DNA of 64,000 nucleotides. It comes from Octopus vulgaris. Lineage: Eukaryota. The number at the start of each line of letters is the position of its first letter. Within the stretch, counting starts at the first letter, position 1. Shown here piece by piece: positions 27,270 through 40,636 of this stretch. Below the pieces are notes generated by a model. It saw only the letters and a program-made list of their open reading frames with translations, was not told the origin of the DNA and searched no databases. The DNA lies in the NCBI GenBank assembly GCA_951406725.2, contig OX597816.1, forward strand, positions 174,096,001 to 174,160,000, read 5' to 3'. The position numbers were made by a program, and so were the translations under genes.

Positions 27270-27660
27270 CATTATGGGTCAGAAATGTGATCTTACCTTG
27301 AATGAGAAGTCTACCATTGTGTCAGAGCTTGGAAAAGGAAAAACAACCATAGAAATATCAAAAATACTGGAAAGAGATCACTGAATAATGAAGGAATTTG
27401 TGTTGTCTCTTATATCTGTCCAGTTGAGGGCAGATAAGAGTAAGTTGAGGGTTGCTTCGAATCATACTTTGTTACGTGTGAAAAGGGAAGTTGTGTGGAA
27501 TCCATGTCTGACAAGTAGAGAAGTCTTCAAATATTGTGGTAGGAAAGATATATCAAAAATTACCAGGCATCTCCACTTGAAGCAGGTAGCCAAGAATGTT
27601 AAACCTGTTACAAGGCCCCCTCTGAACTGATGCAGAAGTACCAGGAAGACATTAAATGTG
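27270..27660 (+). mobile_element. Tc1-like transposase N-terminal remnant
   Basis: MGQKCDLTLNEKSTIVSELGKGKTTIEISKILERDH* is HTH-like and is followed by KPVTRPPLN. Confidence 0.6.
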
Positions 27661-29079
27661 TTCTATAACAGCACTAAGACTTTTTTTGCTAATATGTGTT
27701 TTAATTTGCAATGGACAAAAAAAGATTTGGCATTTTACTTTGTACGTGAAGTTCCATGTTGTCCAAACTTCTACAAAAGATTTTTGCAATAACTTCATCA
27801 AATAACTGATCAATATTTATTACTTGCTTTCCAATCTTTTGGTTTATCTTAATTGTAGACTGCTCAGTAATAGGCCAAGATATGTCTCCAGAATTTTTAT
27901 TACATTCCTAAGTAGAAATGTAATACTGAATAATGAAAAGTATCATTTTAGCATTTTTTCAATTAGAAGCATCTACAGAAATTGTCATAAAATTTGCTAG
28001 CCATTCGTGCCATTACATTTAAAATTCGGGCTTCACATTGTGTCACTGCAAGACAGAACTTTGGCTCAAAATGTTTTGAGACTAACTTTGACAAACAGTA
28101 GGGTGTCTTGAAACCCAGTTTATGAGAAACAAAAAAACAAGAGACCTCTTTCAAGGCAATAAGAAACTCCAGTTCAATTACTTCCAACTTTTTAAAAGAG
28201 TATCTAATCATGATGCACTAACTACAAAACTCATTTTGTGCTTTTAAGATTTCAAATGACCTTTAATATCTGACCTACCTCCGTGCACTACAGTGATGTC
28301 TGCAAAACAGTGACCACATTTTACTGTCGAACAAAGTTTTTTTAGAAAAAATCCAGCATTTTCTGTGTTTTAGTTAAGACTGAGTAAAAGATAAAAAACA
28401 AAACAACAGTGAGAGACTTATGTCAGTCAGCTATCAGTGTCCAATTGTACAGACACCTCTAGCAATCTTGGTGAATTGTCTGAGGGACAAGTTGAATCAC
28501 CTAAGTTCTGCAGTCTGACTCTATTTCTCATGTAAAACATCTTATAAAAGGCCTAATATTATTATTCATTAAAGTGTAAATGAGTCAGAGTTCAGAGACT
28601 TCTATTATTTCTCTCAGTCTATGAAAAATTACTGTCACCAGCTGGTTTTTCTATGGGCCACCTATTTCTTCCCAGTTGAAGTAATGATTTTGAATATCAT
28701 GGTTCATGTGTACGAGTGAAGCAGAGGGTTTTAGTCTCAAATCTTGGTTTGGCTATTGTTACAGGAGTCTGATATTCTACTAAGAAGACTAATTAGCATC
28801 AATACTAGTGACTTTTCTAACAAACAGGGTAAAAAAAAATCATAGCAAATAAATTTTTTCAAATTCCCAAAGATGTGGGACATAATTCCAAACCAGCTGG
28901 CATACCAGGGCAACATTAATAAACCAGGACAGTCCCGGACAACTAATATATCATAATAATTTTAACTTCAATATTTTTACCAACACCTTGAATTTCTCTT
29001 ACTCTCTCTGTCTCCCCACTACTATAAGAGTGGCTAAAGGCACAGCCTACATAGAACAAGATTCAACAAAAGGTCTACC

Positions 29080-30180
29080 TTCTTATATCACTCCCTAGTG
29101 GGCTCTTGCTTTACAGAAGTTGGCAAAATGAAAGTTGTTGATCTAGAATTTAGCGAAGTTTGTTCCTGGCATGCAAATCTATCAAAACCTATGTGCTCCA
29201 CCCACCTCTCATCTGTTGGATCAGTAGCATCCTTTCAGTGCACCACTGGCATGTGCTGACAGACTTCTTACTGCCCTACTCTCAGCCCAACTGGTGTTCC
29301 CCAGGATTTAGTTTCTGACCCACTTTCGTCTTTCTATACATCAATGATCCTGCTTACATATCCAACAATGCCCACTCTTATGCAGATAATTCAACCCTTC
29401 ATTCTTCTCAATCTTTCCCTGACCATACATCATTCACACACTCACTCTACACACAACATATCAAACCAGAACTTTCCATGAATGAACAACTTGAAGGTAT
29501 CCTCCGGTGGGGGCTGTGCCAACCTTGTCTCTTTTAACAAGTAAACTCAAGCACTACTCATAGAAAGAAAATATCACCACACCACACCACACCCCTTCTG
29601 AAAATGTACTGCATTCAGCTAAGGCCCTTGAAATCACCCCAAATTCTACTCCTTACCATCACTGAGAATCTGACTGATAAAAACATGCATTTAGAAGAGC
29701 TAGGACTGCATCCAGTAGGTATTCCAGCCCCTAATAGCTGCTGAGACTCTACAAGGCCGAAATGGAGTACTGTTCCCACATCTGAAACTGTTATGTTACA
29801 GTCATCTTGAACCACATCCAGAGAAGGGTCACTCAGGTGACATTTACATTGTGGACACATTTCAGCCTCTGACACACAGTCATACAGTTTCTTCTCTCTG
29901 CCTTTTCTACCACTATTATAAGTCTGCTCCTACTAAGAACTAATTTCATACCTTTCCTGCTCAGATATCACTGACTCACTGCTCATGCCTCTTGTGTCCA
30001 GCCCCACACAGTCTTCCACTAACAACTATGTCCTATCCTTTCTTCTCAGATAATCAGCCATTTGGAATCTCCTTGCTCCACTGCATTTTGAAACAAGAAC
30101 TGAAACAAGCAAATATATTAAAAATAAAATATCGTTTCTGCTGCAAACTTCAGCCACACACAACCACTCTTACATCCCAA
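29080..30180 (+). mobile_element. Decayed non-LTR retrotransposon RT (CR1/Jockey group)
   Basis: GVPQ, LYIND, SYADNSTL and RPKMEYCSHI remnants. Confidence 0.65.
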
Positions 30181-30779
30181 CAGTCTTAATATAGTCAAAG
30201 AAGTTTTGTAAACATGTGTATTACATGTGTGTGCATGAGGGAGTGGAGGAGGCATGTTTATGTATACATGTAATACATGTGTACAGAAATACCAACAGCC
30301 TTAGTTAAAGTGGGAAGAGGTGAGTACGTTTTTATTTTTTTATTTGCAATTAATTAACTTCTAACAGTTGGAAATAGAATGGAACAGACTAACATACTGT
30401 GCAGCCTGTATGTTCTTTAGGTAATTGAAAACAACAACACATTCTACACAATTGCCACTCATTAATATAACACACACAGCATATACTCCACACAATCACT
30501 GTAATACCAATTACCAACCAAAAATACTAACACCACCCAACAAAATGAGAAATCACATTGTACGCCCAATCAATAAAAAGACTAAACACTAAAATAACAC
30601 CAGAAACAAATAAACACCCACAAAATAGCAAAACTGATGTATACAAACACAATTCTACATCAGAAGATGATGATGCACACACCTTAGGAACACAAAGATG
30701 CACTTGGTGGTGCGGCAGAAACTTGCATACAAAAGTTGAAAACAACTACAACAATCTGTAAAAAACAAGACAAGTCAAT

Positions 30780-31209
30780 AGACCATATAATTTCATGGTG
30801 CTCCACCATGTCTCCAGTTGAATATAAAGCTAAGCATAATCAAGTTGGTCAATACATTTACTGGACACTATGCAAATATTAGGGTACAGGTCATATAAAA
30901 AAAACTGGTATGAAAACCATCACCTACCAGTAGTTGAAGCAAAAATGCAACAATTTGATGGAGTTTTACACTACACACTGACTGCACCATAAATGCCAAT
31001 TAGCCTGATATTATTTGTTTTTTTCTTTTATTTCTTTTACTTGTTTCAGTCATTTGACTGCAGCCATGCTGGAGCACTGCCTTGAAGGGTTTTAGTCAAA
31101 GAAATCAATCCCAGGACTTATTCTCTGTAAGCCAAGTACTTATTCTATCAGTCTCCCCTGCCAAATCACTAAGGTATGGGGACAAATACAGACACACATA
31201 CACAGTTAT

Positions 31210-31261
<52 letters not shown>

Positions 31262-32200
31262 TTACTTTTCATCTGTCTTGCTCGCTTACATTCTGGTGTT
31301 TGCTAAATTTTCTTGAGAACATTTCTTAGTGGTAAGACCATAGCAGATATACTTCTAGCATAAGGGTTGTCCACATAGAGGTCATCCCTCTCATATGTAT
31401 GTAATACAATTTACTGAACCATCAGATTTTAACATGCTAGACCACTGGTTTTAAATTGATGTTTAATCAACAACCAAATCCACTCACTAGGTTTTGGTCA
31501 GCCTGAAACTATAGGTGCCGTGCAGTGAGACTAAACCCAGAACCATGTGGTTGGGAAGCAAGCTTTTTACCACACAGCCATGCCTCTGCCTGTAAAAGAT
31601 TTTAAAAATAGAACATGCATATTCATTGACATGACAATATCATCTGATAAAAATTTATCTGTTAAAAAGTATAACAAATTTGCAAAGTAGCTTTTAGCCC
31701 CAGGAGATCATCGTCTCCAGCTGGCTTTAGGTACACTATCTGTGCCCTTATGGTATTTGCAAAGAGAGGCCATCCCTTTCTCGTAAGCCTAAGTGCAACA
31801 ACCTCGAAACTGCAGTCCGGTTGTATCACTTAGGCTTACGAGAAAGGGATGGCCTCCCTTTGCAAATACCATAAGGGCACAGATAGTGTACCTAAAGCCA
31901 GCTGGAGACGATGATCTCCTGGGGCTAAAAGCTACAGTAACACCCACCCTTTGTGGTTAGCCATATTGAGAAGGCTATTATACTTATTATTATACTTTAT
32001 AAAGACCTAGAAATCAAGACCAGCAGAATGAGTCAATCGAAAACACAAACTACTCAAGCTGGTGCACTTGGAGTCATAAAGAAAGGCACAGATGAGCTTC
32101 TTGAAAACAACCCTGGTAAACCCAACATTTATGAATTTCAAAAAAAAAAAAAAAAAAGTCACAATAGCACAGCTCACATTTTATGCAAATTTGTATCTTT
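30780..32200 (+). mobile_element. R4-like (restriction-like endonuclease) LINE C-terminal remnant with nested insertions
   Basis: EYKAKHNQVGQYIYWTLC, CIFIDMTISSDKN...KY and YKDLEI...GALGVIKK. Split by minus-strand SINE B pieces (about 31020-31200 and 31476-31592) and by the hairpin at 31687. Confidence 0.65.
31687..31935. repeat. 117-bp-arm inverted repeat with a hammerhead 3' half in the loop
   Basis: Arms 31687-31803 and 31819-31935 with about 3 mismatches. Loop reads tcGAAActgcagTCc. Confidence 0.95.
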
Positions 32201-32803
32201 GTAATACGAAATAATTAATACTGATACTCTTCTTGATTTGTTTATGGTACCAAGGGCATGTACTACATTAATACAGCTGAGTAATCAGGTCAATACAAGA
32301 AAAATAATAATAAATCAATAAACAGATAAGAGCCAATAATTAGTACAGAAAGTCGGGACAATTGTTTTGGAGGATGAAAAAAGGCTTCATTCTTCTTAAT
32401 TTTCCAGAATATGGCAATACCATGAAGAGCAAGCAGTAGAGAGACTCTCAAAAAAACCTTAGACAAGCTTTTAGGAGAAAGAGACAAAAGAAAAACCTGA
32501 AAATGATACACATTCACTCCTGACAATGAATGACCACACATGTCTTTGGCAACAAGTCAAGCAATTGGCAAACTCCACCAGCTTAGTCCAATGAAGATCA
32601 GTCTTCAGACATAATGATTTGATGATACAGATGAGGTGAAAATGACAGTAAAGTGGATACAATAGGGCACATCTGAAATCTTTCAAAGACTATTTGAGAG
32701 TCGGGCTCAGTAATGGTGCAAATGAATTGCTTATGATGGAAACCATGTTGAGTAGTACCTTTACATAGAGAAGAGTTATTATACCAGCATATACTATTTG
32801 AAT

Positions 32804-33335
32804 GATGTATTGAGGTAATATGCAGTTAAAAATGAGTTACTTATATATATATCTCAAGGCGTCGTCAGAGATTATAAAAATATAATTATAAAAATATACA
32901 AATGCAGATATAAATATGAAACAAAATACACACACACAAGAGTATATATATATATATAAGTGTATATACATATATATATATACATGTATATAAGTGTATA
33001 TACATATATATACATGTATATAAGTATATATATAATAATATACATACACATAAGGTTACAGATAATCAAATATATATACTGGAGTATACATATACATCCA
33101 CATCAATGGGTACATATACAAAGTCCAAAGTTCATTACAATACATTACCAAAACTATTAATATTATTATTATCATAAATAATACCAATACTGGAATATGT
33201 GCATTCTGCTATTCACAATACATAGAAGATGGAAAATACCACATAAAATATAGTATAATATAATGGACTTTGTATATGTACCCATTGATGTGGATGTAAC
33301 CTTATGTGTATGTATATTATTATATATATATTTAT

Positions 33336-33366
<31 letters not shown>

Positions 33367-33510
33367 CTCTTGTGTATGTTTATTTTGTTTCATATTTATA
33401 TTTGCATTTGTATATTTTTATAACTATACTTTATAATCTCTGATGAGGCCTTGAGATATATATATATATATAAGTAACTCATTTTTAACTGCATATTACC
33501 TCAATACATC
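32804..33510. repeat. Head-to-head inverted duplication of a hammerhead-bearing module
   Basis: Arms at about 32804-33127 and 33264-33510 are reverse complements apart from microsatellite length and indels. Confidence 0.9.
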
Positions 33511-33567
33511 TGACTAATATAGGCACAATGAGATACCTTTATCTACAGGCTGAAACAGCTGTAAGAT
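33436..33567 (+). ncRNA. Type-I hammerhead ribozyme with a stem II insertion of about 95 nt
   Basis: atct-CTGATGA-ggcct...aggct-GAAA-cagctg-TA-agat. Confidence 0.8.
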
Positions 33568-33767
33568 CCATTTTATGTGTAATATTTTTAAGGTATTATC
33601 TTACTTATTGATGTATATTGTTTTATTCTGTTGGATTTGGATGTTCCTATTTAAGTAGTTAATAAATAATATGAATTGGTATTATCTGTAAGTCGATGAT
33701 TGAAAGGAATCTGTTCCTCCATTTTCTTATTTGTGTGTATATATATACATACATATATATATATACA

Positions 33768-35475
33768 TCTATATATATAAAACTGAGAATGTGTGTCTGT
33801 CTGTCTGTCTGTGTGTTTCCCTAAAACTTGAGAACTACACAACCAATTTCATTCAAATTTTACACATGCCTTACTTAGGGTCCATGTAGTTTCATGGGCA
33901 AAAAAAAGTTCAAATTCTTGCCTAGGGCGAGCCCATAGCAATATCATATCTTCTTCACTATTTCAGTATTACGTGTTAAAAGTGAAACAAAAACATTTCT
34001 GTATTTTATGTCAGATACTTTCACTTTAACAATAAAAATTAGAGATAATAATAACAATTGAATTATATGTAGTAAGTAATAATTAAAATCAAACTAAAGT
34101 ATAATATAATCGTAACAAAACAAAAGTAAAAATAGCAATTGGTATAAAATTGCATCAATGACTTGAACTTGAATAAGTGGTTTCACATGAATGGGAATAA
34201 ATTAAAGATAAAATTAGCATACAGAAATGGAATAGTCCAGTTGGACTATTATACATAAAGGACTATAGCTTCAACTGCGTACTGCTTTTTGATTCACAGT
34301 AAGGTTTGTTGTTATTATTATTATTACTGTTTAACTATTGTTATCACGATTGTTGGTTCCGCGTAAGGGAAACGTTGTTGTGTTGCATTTGTTAAATAAT
34401 TGTAAACTGTAACCCTCTCCCTTTGGGAGGAGTTTTGGTTATTGTTTAAAAATTTAATTGTGTCCCTGTTTGGGTAAATTGACAATATTTTCACCATTTA
34501 CACAGAAGCATTTTTGTTAGAATGCCTTCGATAGAAGAAAGTCCAAAAATGAATTTCGCTGCAGCTGTCGGCGGGTGCAAACCCATTAAAATTAAAATGG
34601 AAGAAAAAGAAACCTATTTCGGATTGATCACCGACAAAGACGGTGAATCTAGGATAACACCACCAAACGAAATAAAAAATTAAATTAAAGAAAAGACTAC
34701 TGTCTATAAAGTATACAATATAGAGAAAAAAAAGATTTGAACACCTGGAGGAAAGCACCTTCGAAAAGTGTCTTGGTGCGACTATGAAAGGCACGACTAG
34801 AGGTGGTAAATTTGCCACAATAGAAGCAAGGTTCGAGTCAACGGAGCATGCAAGGGAGTACTCGATTCGAACCTTGCAAAGTGGAATTATTTTATTTTCA
34901 CCTTTATATCTGGGACGTAGGATATCCCGGATAAAAGTTTAAAATGTCCCCCCAGAAGTAGAGGTAGGCTGGATTGTAGCCACACTTCTATACAAGAGGG
35001 AGGACAAGATACAATTGATTGAAATTGCAAGAGATGGGCCTACAATTCCAGTCTGTTATATATTTTGAGTATTGTTATCACTAGCGATATCAAGATATAA
35101 CTTTGTATTTTGTATTTTATGTGTAGATGTATATATATAGATGTACATGTAATATGTACACATATGCCGCCTCGACTGGCTTCCGTGCCGGTGGCACGTA
35201 AAATGCACCAATCCGACCGTGGCCGTTGCCAACCTCGCCTGGCACCTGTGCAGGTGGCACGTAAAAAGCACCCACTACACTCACGGAGTGGTTGGCATTA
35301 GGAAGGGCATCCAGCTGTAGAAACATTGCCAGATAAGACTGGAGCCTGGTGCAGCCTTCTGGCTTCCCAGATCCCCGGTCGAACCGTCCAACCCGTGCTA
35401 GAACGGACGTTAAACGATGCTGATGATATACATGCACTAGCACTATGACCCAGCAACGATGGGTCATAATGCTAG
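33768..35475 (+). mobile_element. Non-autonomous Helitron, family 2 (longer copy) with a nested RTE 3' end at about 35165-35427
   Basis: A|TC...hairpin gacccagcaacgatgggtc...CTAG|T. It has about 430 bp (34246-34670) that are missing from the 10351 copy. Confidence 0.85.
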
Positions 35476-35652
35476 TATATATATATATATATATAAATAA
35501 ATAAATATATATATATATATATTAATAATAAAAGGAATTCCAACCTTGTCTGATTTTCACGTTTTATTTACAATCTTATAATGATATAATATAAGATAAT
35601 ATAATATAATAAAATAAAAGAAAATAATAGAATGTTAAATGTTCATTCTGAT

Positions 35653-35697
35653 TGAACTAGTACTTTCATGCATTAAATTCTGCAATCTTCAGGTTCA
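35653..35697 (-). ncRNA. Minimal type-I hammerhead ribozyme
   Basis: Minus strand reads tgaac-CTGAAGA-t-tgca-gaatttaa-tgca-t-GAAA-gtac-TA-gttca. Confidence 0.8.
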
Positions 35698-35704
35698 TGT
35701 AGTA

Positions 35705-36242
35705 GTGGTGACAGTCATGCTTCACAATTTTTGACACAATCAAGATCTTGTACAACTGAAACCAGAGTGTGTTTTTGGTCAGCTGAAAGTAGCTTTGGCA
35801 CAAACTTGGTAGACAAATCTTCAGTGATAATGATTTCCCCTCACAGCTGTACCCACATCTGTGATGTTTTTCTCAGTTCTGCTGGTTGTGGGTCTCCCTG
35901 AATGTTCGTCAATGTCAACATTTTTTCAGCCATCTTGGAAACATCCTAACCACTCATACACTCTTATCCATACACTTTCTGCAACTTTGTGTTGGCCTCT
36001 GAGCAGGTATCGCCAAGCTTTTGGCAAAATTTGATGCAGATTCTCTGCTCAACTTTCTCTGTCATGGTCAATGCAATGATCACATGCTATACATGTTCCT
36101 TTCAAGCACTGCTGTATACAGTGGAAGTGAGCTAGAACGTTAAAACTTAGCACACATGCACAGCAGAGTTCAAGGTACTCCGAATAATTTAGCTTTATTA
36201 CTATGGCAACAGTCAAGAAACTTATTGATCAGACCATGTATA
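35705..36242 (-). mobile_element. mariner transposon remnant (5' part)
   Basis: TIR-like tacatggtctgatcaataagtttc and the peptide VYEWLGCFQDG*KNVDIDEHSGRP. Confidence 0.7.
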
Positions 36243-37760
36243 GTTCTAAATATACAAAAAGTTTACTTTAAAAAGCCATAACCTTTTATGAAAAATTGTA
36301 AGGTTCAAATTAAGGGAAATTTGTATGCTATTTCTAGAAACTAAAGAGATTTTGTAATTTTTTTAGTCCCAGGTCAACATTGACCAAACAGACATTTTAG
36401 CCATAGTCACTTCCCTACAGAACTTACCCAATACAATACTAGGTCTATACTCACTAAAGATTTACCAGTAATAGGTTTCTAGGGATTATGGGATAGGCTT
36501 CTTTTCAGACACAACAATATGAGAGAGAGAGAGAGAGAGAGAGAATTGCTCCTGATTTACAGCTGAATAATTAATAGAAAGAAGTTCACCATTTATGCAA
36601 ATATCCGAAATTTGAAGATAGTAAATAAGTAAATAAAATGTATCCACTGATGCTAGTGTGGCAAATTGGATGTAAAAACACAAAAACGCTTGATAATTTA
36701 AAAAGCTAAATCACTGCCAAACATCACACTTTGTTAAAATATTTGAAGATTCCATGATATAAAGATCAAAGTTCTAGATATTTAAAGCAGAAAGCAAGGA
36801 ATGTTCTTTTGCATTCTGAGCCAGTGAGTTCTATTCATGCATGTGGTAAAATAAACAAAACTTGGACATCAAATGAAATTGACCTGACTGTAACCAATTA
36901 TTTTGGGAATTCTTTTTTGCTTCCCTTCCATTGTTCTGATGAATACAAGAGAAGGTCTGTTATTGATTTTTTTTTTTTTGTGTTAGGTTCTCTTCAGAGA
37001 GAGTTAGTTGTTTTTCCAGTACAGATACTGCTGCAATAAACTGCACTGCAGTGGTAACCAAAGAGAGAATACATAAATAAATAAAAATTAAAAAATGATT
37101 CAGGCCAAGAGTTTTTCACAAAAAGATTTTTCATATGACACCAGAACAATAACAAGAAATGAAGAAAGGAAAAGCCAACAATGGATAAATAACTATAGCT
37201 TGTTTTCAACTATGCATAAAGGTCTGTAGTTTAAGACAGAAATTAAGAGAATTTTGTGATATTCATAGTTTCCCAAAGACATTAACAAGTGAAGCAGAAT
37301 CTCAAAATCTATTTATAAAGTTATAGATTTTTAACTGAACATGAAAGCATCAAGGTTATAAGAAGGTGGATCAAAGAGATGCGAAGTCGTAACGTTTTCA
37401 CTCACTCTGCTGTCACCCAAATTCTGTCCACTTCCACTCCCATCACCACTCCATACACACATCATCTAATACACTTGGTCCTTCTTTCCCAGAACATTAT
37501 CCTTGGAGTTTTTATGGGGATTCAACTGTTCACACTGGTATTTTTTTTTTTAATTACTTTCGTATTAAAAAGAAGAATTGTCAGTGAAGAGAAATGATTT
37601 CAACTAATGTGCTGCAGACTCCAGTGACAATCTATTTCTTGTTCTACAGCACTCACAACAGTAATAATAGACAGCTGGTTATGCAGGTGTGAATAGCTTC
37701 AGATTTATAGCAGGAGTTAGAAGGAGAAATGAAAAGTTGTGATCTTTATGCCTTTCCAAC

Positions 37761-38253
37761 TATGAGGGGAAGTCAAAAATTATATCATAACATATCTTTA
37801 TTATTGTCACACCCCCTTCTGAGCATGCATGCTTATAGTTGGTAATATTGTAGTCATATGATCAAAGTCTGATTGCACCATATTTCTTTTTCGCTTTACA
37901 GTGTAAGCATGACCAGTCTATTAGCAATGTGCACCAAAGAAGTTTAAAAGTCGATGGACAAGCACGATGCACAAAGAGGGAGCAGGACGCCTGTCAACCT
38001 CCACCACTGATGAAAAGATTCAGCAAGCTTGAGAGATGGTAATGGTGAACTGGTTCACCAGTTCATCATTACCATCTCTTGGATCATTGCTTTTTGTTCT
38101 TCTTTGGTGCATATTGCTAGTGGAGCGGCCATGCTTACACTGTAAAGCGAGAAAGAAAAATGGCATGATCAGGCTCAAACTTCAATCACGTGACCACAAT
38201 AGTACCAACTATAAGCACGCATGCTCAGAAGGGAGTGTGACAATAATAAAGAT
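37761..38253. mobile_element. mariner-derived MITE with long inverted repeats
   Basis: Starts tatgaggggaagtcaaaaatt. Diverged inverted arms of about 150 bp at 37795-37942 and 38100-38253. Confidence 0.7.
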
Positions 38254-38448
38254 ATTACTAATTACTAATTAATTAATAAATTTTATCCTTTATTATTATG
38301 GATAATATAATTCTCTCCCTGATAATAAACTACAGATTTTTCTGTAGGAATTTGTTGCTCTATAACACGCGTGGGTGGGTGACGGAGAATACGAAGTCTC
38401 GTTCGTATGTTTTGAATTCGTTAGTACTGGATGTTGGAAGTGGTTTGT

Positions 38449-39394
38449 CTGATGTTACTTTAAACCTTTCCGTAAGCCCAATGAAAAGCTATCGTATATT
38501 AGCAAAGATTCGAACCATCCACCAGTTATCCTTAGGAACTTAGTCAGCAATGTAGGTAGAAGAATATCTTCAATTTCTTCGGACGAGGCAGCATTCCATA
38601 ATGCTGCATCTTATTACGATAGCGCATTAAAGAATAATCGATTCTCTGAGAAGATCCAGTACAACCAGTTTAATGCTGGTAATAATGCTGCACGAAGAAC
38701 TAGGACCAGGAAAGTTTTGTGGTTCAACCCGGCTTTCAATTTTACCGTAAAGACTAATATAGGTAAGGAATTTTTGAGATTAGTCTCTAAGCATTTTAAG
38801 CAGGGTCATAAATTTTATAGGATATTTAATAGAAGAACCCTGAAGGTTAGCTATTCTTGTTGCAGAAATTTCGCCTCTTACATTAGCCAGCATAATAGGA
38901 AGCTAATTGAGATTAGACATGGTGCCGAGCCCATTAAGAAATGCAATTTCAAAAACGAAAGCTCCTGTCCGTTAGAAGGGAAATGTCTAGTGAAAAGAGT
39001 AGTTTATAGAGCCAAGGTCCAAGTAGAAGGCTCATCGGAATACAAGACATACACAGGGGCTTCAGAAAATTCATTTAAAACACGATTTTATTCTCATAAA
39101 AATTCATTTAAATACCCAGAGAATAGGAAGAGGACCAGCCTAGCGAAATATGTCTGGGAACTAAAAGAAAAGGAAACCCCACCTTTCAACGTGACATGGA
39201 GCATTCTGGACAGAGCGGCACCATACAGGCATGGAGTATACAAAAATAATTTTAAGTGCAAACTTTGCCTATTAGAAAAAATGTACATTTTATTCAAAGA
39301 CAATAATTCTTTGAATCAAAGAAGTGAGCTAATGAACTTATGTAGGCACGCGGCTAAATTTAAAATGTCGAATATAAATATACCATATGGATAG
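38449..39394 (+). pseudogene. 5'-truncated Penelope-like element (Naiad-like): RT thumb, linker and GIY-YIG endonuclease
   Basis: DVTLNL, then a frame open from about 38465: PFRKPNEKLSYISKDSNHPP...WFNPAF...TNIGKEFL...CPLEGKCL...VVYRAKV...YTGASENSFKTRFYSHKNSF...CKLCLLEK...LNQRSE. The clade name is inferred from motifs. Confidence 0.9.
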
Positions 39395-40496
39395 AGTATA
39401 TATTTTGTATTTTTGATTTTTGATTTTGACTCTTGAACTAGTATGTAAACGCTACGATGGATTTTGTTCCACGCTATGCAGATTTTAATCTGTATAGCAA
39501 AGTCTTATATTTCCACATATACATTAGGAAAAACCTTCGACTTTGTTTATTTCATGTTATTGTATTGTATAGGATTACCTTGATTATTTATAGATGATCC
39601 AAAATAGGGTGTTATATTTTATTTTATATGTCTTTTGTATATATTTTTATTTTTTATTATTGCACTCATTTTTTTTAAAAAAAGCAATGTCAAAAATTAG
39701 AATTTTGATATAAGTATGTGTATAGCCATGGATATGTATTTGTAAGCATGCGTATCTGTGTATGTGTAAGTGAGCGTATGTTTGTGCTTAAGCACACATA
39801 TACACGACTGTATGTATGTATCCATTCGAACTTGTGTATTTGTATACTTGTCTCCATATATGTCAATAATGCCGTTACACAGCTTGTGTACATAATTTTT
39901 TCTTATTTCGTTTTTTTCCCCACCCCTCCTTTTTCTTTTTTCCTTCCCCCTTCTTCGTCCCTTTTTCTCTCTCTTCCTTTCTTTCGTTTTTTTCTCCAAC
40001 TGATACTGATGCAACTTTACGTCCCCTTACTCAGTATATGAGAATCGCTACATAGATGATTTTAACTTGCGTGCGAGATGGATTGCGTGCATATATGTAC
40101 GCATGCATTTATGTGTATATTTTAGATTTATATTTATGTCTGTATATGTATGGTGTTTGCATGCATCCCTCTGTGTATGTTGATATATATATGTACACTT
40201 TAATATAAATATGTATTGCAGTGTAATATTTATAATAGGTTTTAATTTCTATGCTTTAATTATACTTTCCTCATTAACGTCAATATGTATTTTATTCAAT
40301 GTAAGGTTTTTTCCTCGAATTTTATAATTTTTATAAGTTTTTATATATATATACATATATTTTTGACCTTTTTGTTTATCGCTCGAAGATTGACTGTTTT
40401 TCTAAAGGGCCAATCAAACAAGTCCATTTTTTTTAAAGGTGTAGCGTTTGTAAGAGTCTAGATTGAATTGATATATCGGTTCCATTCTAGCAAAAA

Positions 40497-40534
40497 CTGT
40501 CTGATGAACGGCAACGAGAAACTCAGAGTAACAG
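40497..40534 (+). ncRNA. Minimal type-I hammerhead ribozyme
   Basis: ctgt-CTGATGA-acggcaacga-GAAA-ctcagag-TA-acag, identical to 1374-1411. Predicted cleavage after 40530. Confidence 0.8.
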
Positions 40535-40636
40535 ATTTTGTTGAATTTTCTGCTGCTTAAAATAAAGCATATTACTCTACCACTGGTATTTGAGTACTCT
40601 TTTTTCCACCTTGTTTCACATTTATGTGTTTACTCC

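Noticed and set aside
38717-39600. Selenoprotein PLE (in-frame UGA plus SECIS), as reported for some Naiad elements
   Set aside because: There is no in-frame TGA in the retained ORF, and the downstream hairpin lacks a clear SECIS core.
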